Source of the DNA: an uncultured Gemmatimonadales bacterium
Lineage (GTDB): Bacteria; Gemmatimonadota; Gemmatimonadetes; Palauibacterales; Palauibacteraceae
DNA: 64,000 nt
Direction: 5' to 3'
Assembly (NCBI GenBank): GCA_963783385.1
Contig: CAWANJ010000003.1
Span: forward strand, 64,001 to 128,000
A program made the position numbers and the translations under genes. Below the pieces are notes generated by a model. That model worked only from the letters and a program-made list of their open reading frames with translations. It searched no databases and was not told the origin of the DNA. Of this stretch, positions 47,704 to 58,048 are shown in pieces; the stretch's first letter is position 1; the number at the start of each line of letters is the position of its first letter.

Positions 47704-48206
47704 ATGAGACATTCGCGGAAAGTGTTCACGGCCATGGCCGCCGGCGCGTTCCTGCTCGTGGCAGCGTGCGGCGACAGGGCTCGGCCCGGGGGCGGCGATC
47801 AGGGGGAGGAGGGTGGGCAGGCATCGTACCTGGGTACCGATTCCACCTGCCAGAGGGCACCCGGGTCCAAGCCCACGCGGCCGATCGTAGAGATCACGGC
47901 CACGGATGACTCGATCCACCTGGATCCCGATCCGATCCGTGCCACCGTCGGCGTCGGCTTTGTGGGCTGGCGGTCGAGCAGGAGAGACGGGGGCTACGCG
48001 TGGGAGGTCACCTACGAAGGGCAAGTCGCCTCTCCCCGAGCGCACGTATCGGAGCGACGACGGCAAGCTCGACGGCGGGGTCGTGGCGCAAGGACGCGGC
48101 GGCATCCTGCTACCCCTATGGCGTCAAGGTCTGGCGGCCGGGGGGAAGGACACCATGACGGTGGATCCCGGATCGGACGTGCTTCCCGGTTGGGCGGCGG
48201 ACGTAG
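47704..48206 (+). CDS. Hypothetical lipoprotein, several apparent frameshifts (end uncertain)
   Basis: Lipobox LVAAC; protein-like sequence switches frames after about 48020. Confidence 0.5.
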
Positions 48207-48225
48207 GTGGGGGCTCGGCTGTGCT

Positions 48226-50148
48226 TCAGCGCACGGCGGACCGCGTGGTGTCGACCATCTCCTGGAAGCGCGGATCGCGATGCAGCGGCGCCCACCACCA
48301 GTCGCGGTTGACATAAGGCCGCTGTTGCGGCACCTGGCGCAGATATCGTCCCAGAAGGTTCCGAATGGCGCGTTGCCGGTCATCGAGCTGCAGCGCGACG
48401 TAGGCGCCGTCGTAGCGGCCCGTGGACTGGTGGGATCCATGTCCCGCGCCCTCCTCTCCACGGCCCGTGCGCTATCGGCAGTCCGGCCCTGGACCAGAGT
48501 CGCGGCCACCAGGAGAGGGCCCTCCTGGTATGGCTGGCCCGCAGGAAGGCGGGCTCTCGTCCTGCGCAGTCGAGCCCACGCCGTATCGACCGAGCCGGGG
48601 CGGGTCGGCTGTGATGCGAGGCGACACGAGGCGATTCGAGACGAAGGCGGCTTCTCGCGGATACAGGGCCTCTCCGCGCGCGAACAGGGAATCGGCTCTC
48701 GCGACATGGTGGAACTCGAGGGCCAGGATGGCCGAGATGTAGAGATACTGAGCATCGTTCGAGAGATATGGGTCCGCCTCCCTCATTCGGCGTGCGTCGA
48801 CCCGGGCCTCCTCGAACTTTCCCCGGCCCCGCAGAATGTAGGCGAGCACGGCCCAGGCGCGCGCGAGCCTCGGATCGGTCGTCGTGGCGGCACGGAGGTC
48901 CCGCTCCGCCTCCTCCAGCAGCCCCCGCTTCCGGGGACCCGAAGCGGCCTGACTGAAGAACCACTCCAGGTTGCCGCGCAGCTCCAGCGCCGGTGCGTTG
49001 CCCGGACGTCCCGTCAGGATGCGGTCCGCATCCCGCAGACCTTCCCGCAACAGCACCGTGTCGGATTGACTCGGCACGGCGGCCTGGACCCGGGCCATGG
49101 CGAGATGGGTCCAGCCACTCTCCAGCGTCGGCTTGGACCACCCTGGATCGAGTGTCGCGGCCACGTCCAGGAGGGAGTCCGCCCGTTCGTAGAGATCCAA
49201 AGCGCCGGACGTGTCTCGCGCCGCGCTCAGGGAAGCGGCGTCGTCCCGGAGACCGATCGCCACCTGGTAGACCTTCCAGGCACGCGCATCGTGGGCCGAT
49301 CCCCTGGCTTCCAGCAGCTCGTTCACCTTGCCCAGGCCGACCCGAAGGAATCGGGCGACTTGCGAGGAGACGGAGTCCTGGAGGGTGAAGGGGTCTCCCA
49401 GCGACGCCTCGATCTGCTGGCTCGCGACCTGATCTCCCGTCGAAGCGTTCACCAGCTGCACGTTGACCCGCACACGGTCACCGGATCCCTGTACGCTGCC
49501 TTCGACCACGCTGCCGGCGTTCAGCAGCCTCCCGATGCTGTCGATCGGCGGGGATTCGCGCCCTCGAAATTCCTTGACCCCGTTGGTGGGGACGACCGTG
49601 AGGCCTTCGACGCCGCTCAGCGTCTGAATCAGCGCCTCGGTGAGGCCGTCGGCCAGGTATCCGAGGTCGTGATCGCGGCTGAAGTCCTTGAGGTAAAGCA
49701 CCGCCACGTGGTTCGGGTCCAGGGGCGCCGCCGCTTCGGCCGCCGGCGCGTCCGGCGGCACGCGCAGCCAGTAGTCCCACGCCCCCCACGCCATCCCGGC
49801 CACGAGCACGGCCGTGATGCCCACGAGCGCGATGCGGGAGGCCCGTCCGACGGCCCGGTTCCCCTCCTCGTCCCCCGTCTCCTCGGTGCGGCGCACGCCC
49901 TCGGGGGTGATCTCGAAGGCCCAGGCGACCACCAGAGACAGAGGAAATCCGGCGATCGCCACCACGATCACGAGCGCGAGCGTCCAGTGGGGGAGGCGGA
50001 GGGGCGTGGACACGACCGAATTCACCACGACCTGGGTCACCTGCACCACGAACCACGCCGCGATCAGGTATACGATCCCTACGTGGAAGACGTTGCGCCG
50101 CTTGAGCTCGGAGATCAGCCGGCTGAGGAGGGACTTCGATTCCGGCAT
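48226..50148 (-). CDS. Membrane protein with TolB-N-like domain and TPRs; 3' part frameshifted
   Basis: ELKRRNVF N-terminal TM module, VAVLY..FS..GYLADGLTEALI, VEGSVQ.SGDRVRVNVQL; C-terminal DWWWAPLHRDPRF in another frame ending at 48226. Confidence 0.75.
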
Positions 50149-50329
50149 GTCGCTGGCGTGCCCGCGGCTGGAGGATCAGGATCCCGATGCCTCCCCACCC
50201 TGCCATCTATTATACGTGCCGGCTGTCCAAACTGGATCGAGCGACAGGGGCTGACAAGACGACGGCGAGGGCGAAAGTCGATCGCGGCGGGCCCGCTGTT
50301 TCCTCGGCCCGCGGATCGGACCCTCAGCC

Positions 50330-51586
50330 CTAAGGCGAGCCCCCGCGTGTCGCCGCCCGGTCCGAGGCGGCCCGTTCCATACCGGCGCGGGCGTCCCGGA
50401 TCGCCTCCTCCAGCGGCAGCGCCTGGCCGAACTGGAAGCCCTGGCCGTAGCGGCAGCCGGCGGACAGCAGCCAGTCGCGCTGGGCGGCCGTCTCGATCCC
50501 CTCGGCGGTCACCCACATCCCGAGCTCCGAGGCCAGCTCGATGGTCGAGTGCACGATCATGGCGTTCTTCCGGTCATCCGGCAGATCCGCCACGAAGGAG
50601 CGGTCGATCTTGAGCCCATCGACGTCCAGCCAGCTCAGGTAGCTGAGCGAGGAGTTCTCGGTGCCGAAGTCGTCGATGACCACGGAGACCCCGATCTCCT
50701 TGATCTCCTGGACCCGGTCTCCAACCTGCTGGAGGCCCGCCTCCTGGACCTCGAACTGCACGGCCTCGCGGGGCACGTCGTGCTCGCCGAGGACGCGGCG
50801 GACGACGAGCGGCAGGGACTCGTCGTCCCGGCACTGCACGGTGGTCAGGTTGATCCCGACGAACAGGTCCTCCAGCTCGGGGAGGGCGGCGCGCCACGGC
50901 CCGTAGGCCCGGCAGGCCTCGGCCAGGATCCAGTGGCCGAGCGGAACGATGAGGCCGGTGGCCTCGGCGGTCGGCAGGAACAGGTCGGGCGGGAGGAGCC
51001 CGCCGGTGTGGTGCTTCCAGCGCACCAGGGCCTCCACCCCCCTCAGCCGTCCGGTGGACAGGTCCACGATGGGCTCGTAGTGCAGCACGAAGTCCCCTTG
51101 GGCCAGCGCCCGCTCCAGCTCGCGGCCAGTCTGCCACTGCCGGTCCGCCAGGTGTGGATCGCCCCCGGCCCGGTGCAGGAACTCCGTCGACACGCCGGCG
51201 CCGAGGCTCACCACGATCAGGCTCACCGCGACCGAGCCGTACATCCACCAGTCGACCTGCCCCTGGAGGAGTCCGCCGCCGCCCAGCTCCACGACGGTCA
51301 GCACGACCATGCCGCCCAGGAGGGCGAGCACCGCGCCCGACCAGCCCCGGTAGTAGGAGAGGAGGAAGGGGGGCACGAGCGCCAGGACCCACACCAGGCC
51401 CGAGGACTGGGTCGACCGACCCAGGCTCGCCCAGCCGGCGACGCCCGCGGCCAGGAGGGCCAGCAGGCTGATGACGAGGGCGCGTGTGGGCGGAGTCCGT
51501 CGGGGCAGGTCGGCGGGCTTGAGAACGAAGAACCGGCGTCGGGCCCTCGTGGCAGTGACCGACCCGACCGGGTCGTGCGTATGCAT
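50330..51586 (-). CDS. Membrane-bound EAL-domain phosphodiesterase, paralog of the 23.9-kb gene
   Basis: YEPIV, VEALVRW, GINL, DDFG, KIDRSF, EGIE, QGF; same N-terminal TM domain. Confidence 0.88.
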   Translation of the reverse strand: MHTHDPVGSVTATRARRRFFVLKPADLPRRTPPTRALVISLLALLAAGVAGWASLGRSTQSSGLVWVLALVPPFLLSYYRGWSGAVLALLGGMVVLTVVELGGGGLLQGQVDWWMYGSVAVSLIVVSLGAGVSTEFLHRAGGDPHLADRQWQTGRELERALAQGDFVLHYEPIVDLSTGRLRGVEALVRWKHHTGGLLPPDLFLPTAEATGLIVPLGHWILAEACRAYGPWRAALPELEDLFVGINLTTVQCRDDESLPLVVRRVLGEHDVPREAVQFEVQEAGLQQVGDRVQEIKEIGVSVVIDDFGTENSSLSYLSWLDVDGLKIDRSFVADLPDDRKNAMIVHSTIELASELGMWVTAEGIETAAQRDWLLSAGCRYGQGFQFGQALPLEEAIRDARAGMERAASDRAATRGGSP

Positions 51587-51715
51587 AATACGAAAAGTAG
51601 GGCACCCGGCGCCGCGAGGGAACCGCCGGCTATCGGCCAGCCGTGTCAGTGAGGGGCCGATCGGAAGTGCGGAGGGTGCGCATCGACTTTTCGGGAAATG
51701 GGATGGATGAGGACC

Positions 51716-51940
51716 TCAGGCCACCGCCAGGCGCTCCCGTCCCCCCTCGGTGAGCTCGAAGCCGTCCCGGGCGGCGCGTACGAGACCGGCCGACTCCAGC
51801 TCCCGGAGGCCCGAGCGGACCTGGAACAGGGGGCGTCCCGTCCGCCCGGCGAGATCCCGCTCCGAGCCGGGTCGGTCGAGGGCCCGGAGCAGGATCAGGC
51901 CGGAGGGGCTCGGGGAGCCGTCCGGGTTCACGCAGGCCAC
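51716..51940 (-). CDS. Small winged-helix protein
   Basis: DLAGRTGRPLFQVRSGLRELESAGLV...FELTEGG wHTH pattern; N-terminal MACVNPDG. Confidence 0.75.
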   Translation of the reverse strand: MACVNPDGSPSPSGLILLRALDRPGSERDLAGRTGRPLFQVRSGLRELESAGLVRAARDGFELTEGGRERLAVA

Positions 51941-51977
51941 GATGCCCCCCGCGGACCCCGGCGCTCCCCGACCGCGG

Positions 51978-52640
51978 CTACAGGGTCCGCGTGCACAGGT
52001 ACCAGTCCACGCACTCCAGCCCGGGTGTGGCCACCCGCTGGGCCGCCGCCTCCTGCGTGAGGGGCGGGGGCACGATCACCGGCTCGCCCTCCACCCAGTT
52101 GGCGGGCGTGGCGACCGCGCTTCGGTCGGCGACCTGGAGGGCTTTCACCAGGCGCAGGATCTCCTCCACGTTCCGGCCGGTGGTGAGCGGGTAGTAGATC
52201 ATGGCCCGCAGCGTCTGCCGGTCGTCGATCACGAACACGCAGCGCACCGTCTCCGTCCGGCTCTCGCCCGGCATGATCATGCCGTAGGCGATGGCCACCT
52301 GCCGGTCCAGGTCGGCGATCACCGGGAACTCGACCTTGACGCCCAGCTTCTCCTCGACGTTCCGCATCCACGCGATGTGGGAGTAGACGCTGTCGATGGA
52401 AAGACCGAGCAGCTCGCACTCGAGCTCGCGGAAGCGGGGAAGCGCCTTGGCGAAGGCCGCGAACTCGGTCGTGCACACGGGGGTGAAGTCGGCCGGGTGG
52501 GAGAAGAGGACGAGCCAGCTTCCGGCGAAGTCCTCGAGCCGTAGGGTGCCCTGGGTGGTCACCGCTTCGAAGGCCGGCGCCGGCTCTCCCAGGCGGGGGA
52601 GACGCGGCGCGGCGGCGCCGTTTCCATCCGTCGTCATCAT
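51978..52640 (-). CDS. Peroxiredoxin (Prx6/1-Cys-like group, with C-terminal CxDWYLC)
   Basis: FSHPADFTPVCTTE, YYPLTTGRN, TPANW, ECVDWYLC. Confidence 0.93.
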   Translation of the reverse strand: MMTTDGNGAAAPRLPRLGEPAPAFEAVTTQGTLRLEDFAGSWLVLFSHPADFTPVCTTEFAAFAKALPRFRELECELLGLSIDSVYSHIAWMRNVEEKLGVKVEFPVIADLDRQVAIAYGMIMPGESRTETVRCVFVIDDRQTLRAMIYYPLTTGRNVEEILRLVKALQVADRSAVATPANWVEGEPVIVPPPLTQEAAAQRVATPGLECVDWYLCTRTL

Positions 52641-52788
52641 GGCGGTTCTCCTGCGCCCACCGTCGATCGGGCGCGCACGCGTGGTGGCATTTCAGGGATG
52701 TACCTCAACATGGCGAGACAAGGACCGCGGGGCTGTCGGGAGGGGCCGGGAGCCGGGTGTAGGGAGAAGCCCGCGCAGCGGTGCGCTC

Positions 52789-52826
52789 TTGCACGGCACG
52801 CCGGATTACGTCTACAATCGTAGTCA
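52789..52826 (+). promoter_or_regulatory. Sigma70-type promoter overlapped by BlaI/CopY-type operator 1
   Basis: TTGCAC (52789)-N18-TACAAT (52813); operator ACGTCTACAATCGTAGTCA at 52808-52826. Confidence 0.75.
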
Positions 52827-52920
52827 CATGCCGTGACCCCGGGTTCATCGCCGGGAGCCCGAGCCGCCCGCGAACCGTATTCGAGCCGAAGTTCTCACAC
52901 AGGACGGGAGCGGAAGGACC

Positions 52921-54709
52921 GTGATCTCTACAACGACGAATCGAGCGCTGCACGAGCTGGTCGGCGCGACCGTGATCGCGATGTCCCTGATCGCGTGGCC
53001 ATCCCCACGGCCGGCCGCTGCCCAGGACGTCCCGAGCTCGCGCGAGACCTATGCCCAGCGACTGGTGGATCACATGGTCGCCGCGCACGCCGACCTCGGC
53101 AACGTGGAGCTCGCCATCCAGTCCGGCTCGAGCTGCGCGACGCTGGCCGCCACGGAGCGGGCCTCCGACGTGGGCGAGAAGTGCGACGCCGACGAGTACG
53201 GCCCGATCCGGACCGGGAAGCCGAACGTCGAGAAGCCCACGGCGGCAGGACCCGATCTACGACATCACGCAGGCGCTTCACGACGCGTCCGGCCACCTTA
53301 TCGGCGCCGTGGGGATGGATATCGCCCCTCCGAAGAGCGGAGGGGAGGCCGCCGCCGTGGCCCGTGCCCGCGTGCTGCTACGCGAGATCGAGAGCCAGAT
53401 CCCGTCGGCCGCCGCTCTCCATCGGGCGGTGTCGCCCGGAATCACGAAGGACTCCGCGGCGGCCGTGGCCCGGTCGAAGGTGCCGAACGGCACCATCCGG
53501 AGCGGGGAGTTCGAGCGGGAGGAGGGGCACTGGGTCTACTCGTTCGATCTGAACGTGCCCGGGGAGTCGGGCGTGCGACGAGGTACTGGTGGACGCCGAC
53601 GACGGCCAGGTGGTGTCGCTCCAGCACGAGAGTGCCGGCGCGGAGGCGCGGGAGGCCGCGCAGGAGACGCAGGGGTCCGAGGCGGGTGAGAAGGCAGAGG
53701 CCGGCGAGAAGATCGAAGCCGGGGAGGCGGACGAAGCCAGATGAGGAGGGCGCCGGCTATCACGTCGCCCGGAACTTCACGCTCGGCGGAGAGGGTGGCT
53801 GGGACTACCTGTCGCTCGATACGGCGAGCGACCGCCTGTTCATCGGTCGCAGCGACCGCGTCATGGTCGTCGATCCGGTCGAGCGGCCGGGTGTCGGAGA
53901 GGTCTCCGGGCTCGACCGCGCTCACGGGGTCGCGTTCGATTACGCCGCGGGCCGAGGGTTCGCCACGTCCGGTGCCGACAGCACGGTCGTCATCTTCGAC
54001 CTGACAGAGCCTGAAGGTGGTCGGCCACACATCCGTGAACGTCGATGACGACGCGATCCTGTTCGATCCTGCCACCCGGCACGTCTTCACGTTCAACGGC
54101 GATGCGCACACGGCCAGCGTCGTGGATCCCGTGTCGGGAAGCGCGGCTCGCGACCATCGACCTGGGCGCCAAGCCGGAATTCGGCGTGCGCGGACGGCCA
54201 GGGGCACGTGTACGTGAACCTCGAGAGCACCTCGCAGATCGCGGAGATCGACCCGGTGGCCATGAAGGTCCTGCGCAAGTGGCCGCTCGCGCCCTGCGAA
54301 TCCCCCTCCGGCCTCGCGATCGATCCCGTGCACCACGTCCTGTTCAGCGGGTGCCACAACCAGGTCATGGCCATGTCCGACGCCGTGGCGGGGCAGGTGG
54401 TCGCTACCGTTCCCATCGGCCGCGGCGTGGACGCTTGTCGCTACGACGCGGGCACCGGCCTCGCCTTCGCCTCCACCGGCGACGGGGCGATCACGGTCAT
54501 CCGGGAGGATGGCCCGACGAAGTTCCACGTCGTCGGGACCGTGAAGACGCGGGAGGGCGCCCGCACCATGGAGCTGGATCCGAAGACGCACCGCCTGTAC
54601 ACCGTGACCGCCCGGTTCGGGCCCGCGCCGCCGGCCGGCCGCCGGCCAGCGCCGCCGGCGCCCCCCGATCGTCCCCGGCAGCTTCACGCTCCTGGTGCTC
54701 GAGCGCTGA
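52921..54709 (+). CDS. Secreted multidomain protein: Cache/PDC-like, PepSY, acidic linker, YncE-type beta-propeller (multiple frameshifts)
   Basis: Signal peptide; LHDASGHLIGAVGMD; PepSY (GEFEREEGHWVYSFDL...EVLVDADDGQVV); GGEGGWDYL...AHGVAF...GARTMELDPKTHRLY...PGSFTLLVL stitched over several frames. Confidence 0.7.
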
Positions 54710-54760
54710 CCGCGGCGGCTCGGCCCGTCGAGGACTGCGCTCGGTGGGGGGAACCTGCCA

Positions 54761-54779
54761 TGACTACGGTTGTAGACGT
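54761..54779 (-). promoter_or_regulatory. BlaI/CopY-type operator 2
   Basis: Reverse complement ACGTCTACAACCGTAGTCA, 18/19 identical to operator 1; upstream of the GT2-blaI operon. Confidence 0.75.
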
Positions 54780-54920
54780 TTAGGGTCATCGAACCCGAGG
54801 AGGTCGACACGAACGAGCGTGGTGGGCGGGAGGCAGCCGCCGATCTTCAAGCGGTCCTTACGAGCGTTACGAGCGTGGCTCCGAGGGCCCTAGCATGAGC
54901 ATCCCGTTCTCCGGTGGGCA

Positions 54921-55634
54921 GTGGACACGAACCGATTCACGGTAGTCATACCGGCGTACAACGAGTCCGAGACGATCGGATCCGCCATCCGATCCGTCCA
55001 GGACCAGCGACTCGCCGAGGGCGACCACCTCGAGATCATCGTGGTCGACAACAACTCGCAGGACGACACGGCGCTCGTGGCCGCGAGCTGGCTGGGCCCG
55101 ACGGGCCGGGTCCTGACGGCCATGGAGCAGGGCCCCAACTTCGCCCGCCAGTGCGGATTCCAGGCGTCGACGGGGTCGATCATTGCGTTCCTGGATGCGG
55201 ACTGCACGGTGCCCCCCACCTGGCTAGCCAGCATCGGTCGGGCCATCGGGTCCGGAGCGTGCGCCGTCTCGGGACCGGTGTACTATACGTTCGAGAGTCG
55301 CTGGGCGGCGGCGATCAGCCGGCCGTACGCCTCGCTCGTGGTCCCGATGGTGCCGTGGATCGCCCGCTGCCTGACACGCAAGCCGGCGGCGGTGCTGGCG
55401 GGGGGCAACTTCGGCGCCGCCCGCTGGGCCCTGGAGGCGATCGGGGGGCTCCCCCCGGTGCCGTTTTGGGGGGATGATGCGCGAACCGCGATGCTACTGG
55501 CGCGCGAGGCCGGCAGGGTCCGGTTCGCGCGGGACGTGTATGCGTACACCTCGCCCCGTCGCTACGAGCAGGACGGGCTGCTGATGCTCAACGTTCGGTA
55601 CGCGGTGTCGTACTTCCAGGCGGCGTTCCAGTGA
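54921..55634 (+). CDS. GT2 family glycosyltransferase
   Basis: VVIPAYNE, VVDNNSQDDT, AFLDAD, GGNF, TSPRR. Confidence 0.9.
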   Translation: MDTNRFTVVIPAYNESETIGSAIRSVQDQRLAEGDHLEIIVVDNNSQDDTALVAASWLGPTGRVLTAMEQGPNFARQCGFQASTGSIIAFLDADCTVPPTWLASIGRAIGSGACAVSGPVYYTFESRWAAAISRPYASLVVPMVPWIARCLTRKPAAVLAGGNFGAARWALEAIGGLPPVPFWGDDARTAMLLAREAGRVRFARDVYAYTSPRRYEQDGLLMLNVRYAVSYFQAAFQ

Positions 55635-55704
55635 TCGCGCGGCCGGGCGTCGGAGCGGGATGCGTCCGTCGCGTCCATCTTCCTCCAGCGGAGGGTAGAG
55701 AGCC

Positions 55705-56127
55705 ATGACCGAATCGAGGTTTGGACCGCAGACCCCGGAGCTCACCGATCTACAGCTCGCCATCCTCGGCGTGCTGTGGGAGGAGGGAGAGGCCACGGTC
55801 AACGACGTGCGCGAGCGCCTCGATGAGCGGCGCCCCATGGCGCGGACCACCGTCGCCACCTTGCTCTCCCGTCTGGAGGACCGGGAAGTCGTAGGGCACC
55901 GGGAAGAGGGACGGGAGTATGTCTACCATCCTCTGGTGTCGGAGGAGGAGGTTCTGCGCTCGCGCGTGGACGCGCTGGCCGAGAACCTGTTCGATGGGGA
56001 CGTGCCGACCCTCGTGAGCCACCTGCTCGACGTGGGTGACCTGCGTCCCTCGGAGCTGGACCGTGTCCGGCGACTGATCGAGGAGAAGGAGGCCCGGATG
56101 CTCGCCGAAGGCCGAAGCGAAGGATGA
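55705..56127 (+). CDS. BlaI/MecI/CopY family transcriptional repressor
   Basis: LQLAILGVLW..GEATV..V, TTVATLLSRL, Y.Y.PLVS, LFDGD...LVSHL; contains no Cys. Confidence 0.92.
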   Translation: MTESRFGPQTPELTDLQLAILGVLWEEGEATVNDVRERLDERRPMARTTVATLLSRLEDREVVGHREEGREYVYHPLVSEEEVLRSRVDALAENLFDGDVPTLVSHLLDVGDLRPSELDRVRRLIEEKEARMLAEGRSEG

Positions 56128-57332
56128 TGCACCTGCTGGCTCGCGCATCGGGGATCCTATCCGCGGGCGTCGTCAGCTGGCTGCTCACCTACCTTCTCCA
56201 CAGCACCCTCCTCCTGGGGGGCACGTGGGTGCTCCTGCGCCTCCGTCCCATGCGGCCGGAGTGGGAGGAGACGCTGTGGAAGCTCGCGACCTTCGGGGCC
56301 CTGATCACGGCGACCGCCCACTCCCTGCTGGACTGCGATCCGTTCGTGGACTCGTGGAATCCCACCCGCTTCCATCCCGGCGCCGGCCACGTGGCGAGCA
56401 CGGCCCTGGCATCGGATGCGGGGGCCGTCCTTCACCACTGGCTCCTCGCGCTCACGCTGGTCTGGCTCACGGGGGCGGTGATCCGCCTCGCAGAGCTCAC
56501 CCGCCGGCAGCGCCGGCTGCTGAGAGCGCTGGCCGGTCGCCGGCCGGCCGGGGGCGAGGTGCTCGACGCCCTGCGGATCGTGGCCGGCGACCTGGCGGCC
56601 CGGGTCCGGACCCGGCTTCGCCTCACGACGCTCAGGGGCCTCCGGACGCCACTGGCGCTCGGCCGCCGGGAGGTCGTCGTGCCGCACGACCTCGCCGCGA
56701 AGCTCGACGACGCGCCACTGCGGGGCGTCCTCGCGCACGAGGTGGCGCACCTGGTCCGAGGCGACCCGCTGTGGGCCCTGGGGGCGGGGGTGGTCGAGGC
56801 CGTGTGCTTCTTCCAGCCGCTGAACCGCGTGGCGCGCCGCCGGCTGGCGGAGCTGGCCGAAATCCAGGCGGACGGCTGGGCCGTGCGGCGCACGGGCGCC
56901 CCGCTGGCGGTGGCCCGCGGCCTGGAGGGTGTGGCCCGGCACCTGGCCGAGGGCGTTCGCCCGGCGCGCCCGGGCGTGGCGGCCATGGGCGAAGGCCGGC
57001 TCGGCCTGGTCGAGCGGATCCTCCGCATCCTGGAGCCGGATCCCGCCGAAGCCCGGCCCGTGGGCCATGCCCCGCGCCTGGGGCTGGCCGGTGCGGTTCT
57101 GCTCATCCTCCTCCTCGCGGCCCCCTCGTTCAGCTCCATCCACGATGCCGACGACGACGCGAGACGCGCTTCCGACACGGCCGTGCGGATGCGGGCGTCG
57201 ACCGAGTCCGGCGGCACGCGGCTTATGACCTCGGGATCCGGGCAGCCGCGGCCGCGCGTGTCGACGCCGGCCGGATGGGACTCCCCGACGCGGTCGGCGG
57301 GTTCTCCGCCCCCCTCCATCCAGCGGAGTTGA
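56124..57332 (+). CDS. BlaR1/MecR1-like M56 membrane metallopeptidase, no penicillin-binding domain
   Basis: TM helices, LAHEVAH (HExxH), FFQPL, E..AD..A; ATGA overlap with the repressor. Confidence 0.9.
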   Translation: MMHLLARASGILSAGVVSWLLTYLLHSTLLLGGTWVLLRLRPMRPEWEETLWKLATFGALITATAHSLLDCDPFVDSWNPTRFHPGAGHVASTALASDAGAVLHHWLLALTLVWLTGAVIRLAELTRRQRRLLRALAGRRPAGGEVLDALRIVAGDLAARVRTRLRLTTLRGLRTPLALGRREVVVPHDLAAKLDDAPLRGVLAHEVAHLVRGDPLWALGAGVVEAVCFFQPLNRVARRRLAELAEIQADGWAVRRTGAPLAVARGLEGVARHLAEGVRPARPGVAAMGEGRLGLVERILRILEPDPAEARPVGHAPRLGLAGAVLLILLLAAPSFSSIHDADDDARRASDTAVRMRASTESGGTRLMTSGSGQPRPRVSTPAGWDSPTRSAGSPPPSIQRS

Positions 57333-58048
57333 TGCCGGTGCGGCCCGGCACCGCGGCGGCGCTCGGGGCCGCCGTGGGCGGCGTGGGAGCCCTGGCGTGG
57401 GCCGCGTACGCCCCCAACGCACGGTTGTTCGGACCCGTCGTCGGGCGAGGGGATCCCCGGCGGCGCGAGCTGTTCCTGACCTTCGACGATGGACCCGACC
57501 CGGACACGACCCCCCGGATCCTGGCCACCCTGGACGAGCTGGCCGTTCCGGCCGCCTTCTTCGTGATCGGGGCCCGTGCTCTCCGGCTTCCGGGTCTCGT
57601 CCGGACGGCGTGCGAGGCCGGACACGAGATCGGAAACCACACGTACGGCCACGCCAAGCTGCACCGGGCGGGCCCGCGCCGTATCCGTAGCGAGCTGCTC
57701 CGGACCCACCACATCCTGCGCCGCCTGACCGGCCGGGCGCCCACCACCTTCCGGCCCCCGCACGGCTTCAAGAACCCGTTCGTGGCCAGGGAGGCGCGGC
57801 GCCTGGGTTACCGGACCTTCGGGTGGAGCGTGGACGTGCGGGACTATTGGCGCCCCGGCGCGGAGGTCATCCGGCGCCGGGTCCTGGGCTGCCTCGCGCC
57901 GGGCGCGATCCTGCTGCTGCACGATGGCGACGGGGAGCATCCGGGGGGCGACCGGGGTCAGACCGCGGACGCCCTCCCCGGCATCATCCGGGAGGCCCGG
58001 GCGCGCGGCTACACCTTCGGTCGCCTGGCGGAGCTGATCCCGGCTTGA
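57332..58048 (+). CDS. Polysaccharide deacetylase (CE4/NodB)
   Basis: LTFDDGP, HEIGNHTYGH, FRPPHG, DY, ILLLHD; N-terminal TM helix; overlaps the M56 stop. Confidence 0.92.
   Translation: MPVRPGTAAALGAAVGGVGALAWAAYAPNARLFGPVVGRGDPRRRELFLTFDDGPDPDTTPRILATLDELAVPAAFFVIGARALRLPGLVRTACEAGHEIGNHTYGHAKLHRAGPRRIRSELLRTHHILRRLTGRAPTTFRPPHGFKNPFVAREARRLGYRTFGWSVDVRDYWRPGAEVIRRRVLGCLAPGAILLLHDGDGEHPGGDRGQTADALPGIIREARARGYTFGRLAELIPA

Noticed and set aside
50224-50240. CTGTCCAAACTGGATCG resembles the sigma-54 UAS palindrome
   Set aside because: It has a different spacer, poor outer arms, a single copy and no -24/-12 element seen nearby.
52808-54779. The two 19-bp sites are inverted relative to each other and flank one gene, like an invertible segment or MITE ends
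   Set aside because: There is no recombinase or transposase nearby. A third copy at 59095, the TACA-nn-YGTA core and the adjacent BlaI gene explain them better as operators.
54858-54875. Tandem 9-mer TTACGAGCG x2
   Set aside because: Only two copies and no other instance noticed; could be chance or a local duplication.
55705-56127. CopY copper repressor controlling a CusA-like pump
   Set aside because: The protein has no Cys, so no CxC metal site, and it is translationally coupled to an M56 protease. A metal substrate for the pump itself remains possible.
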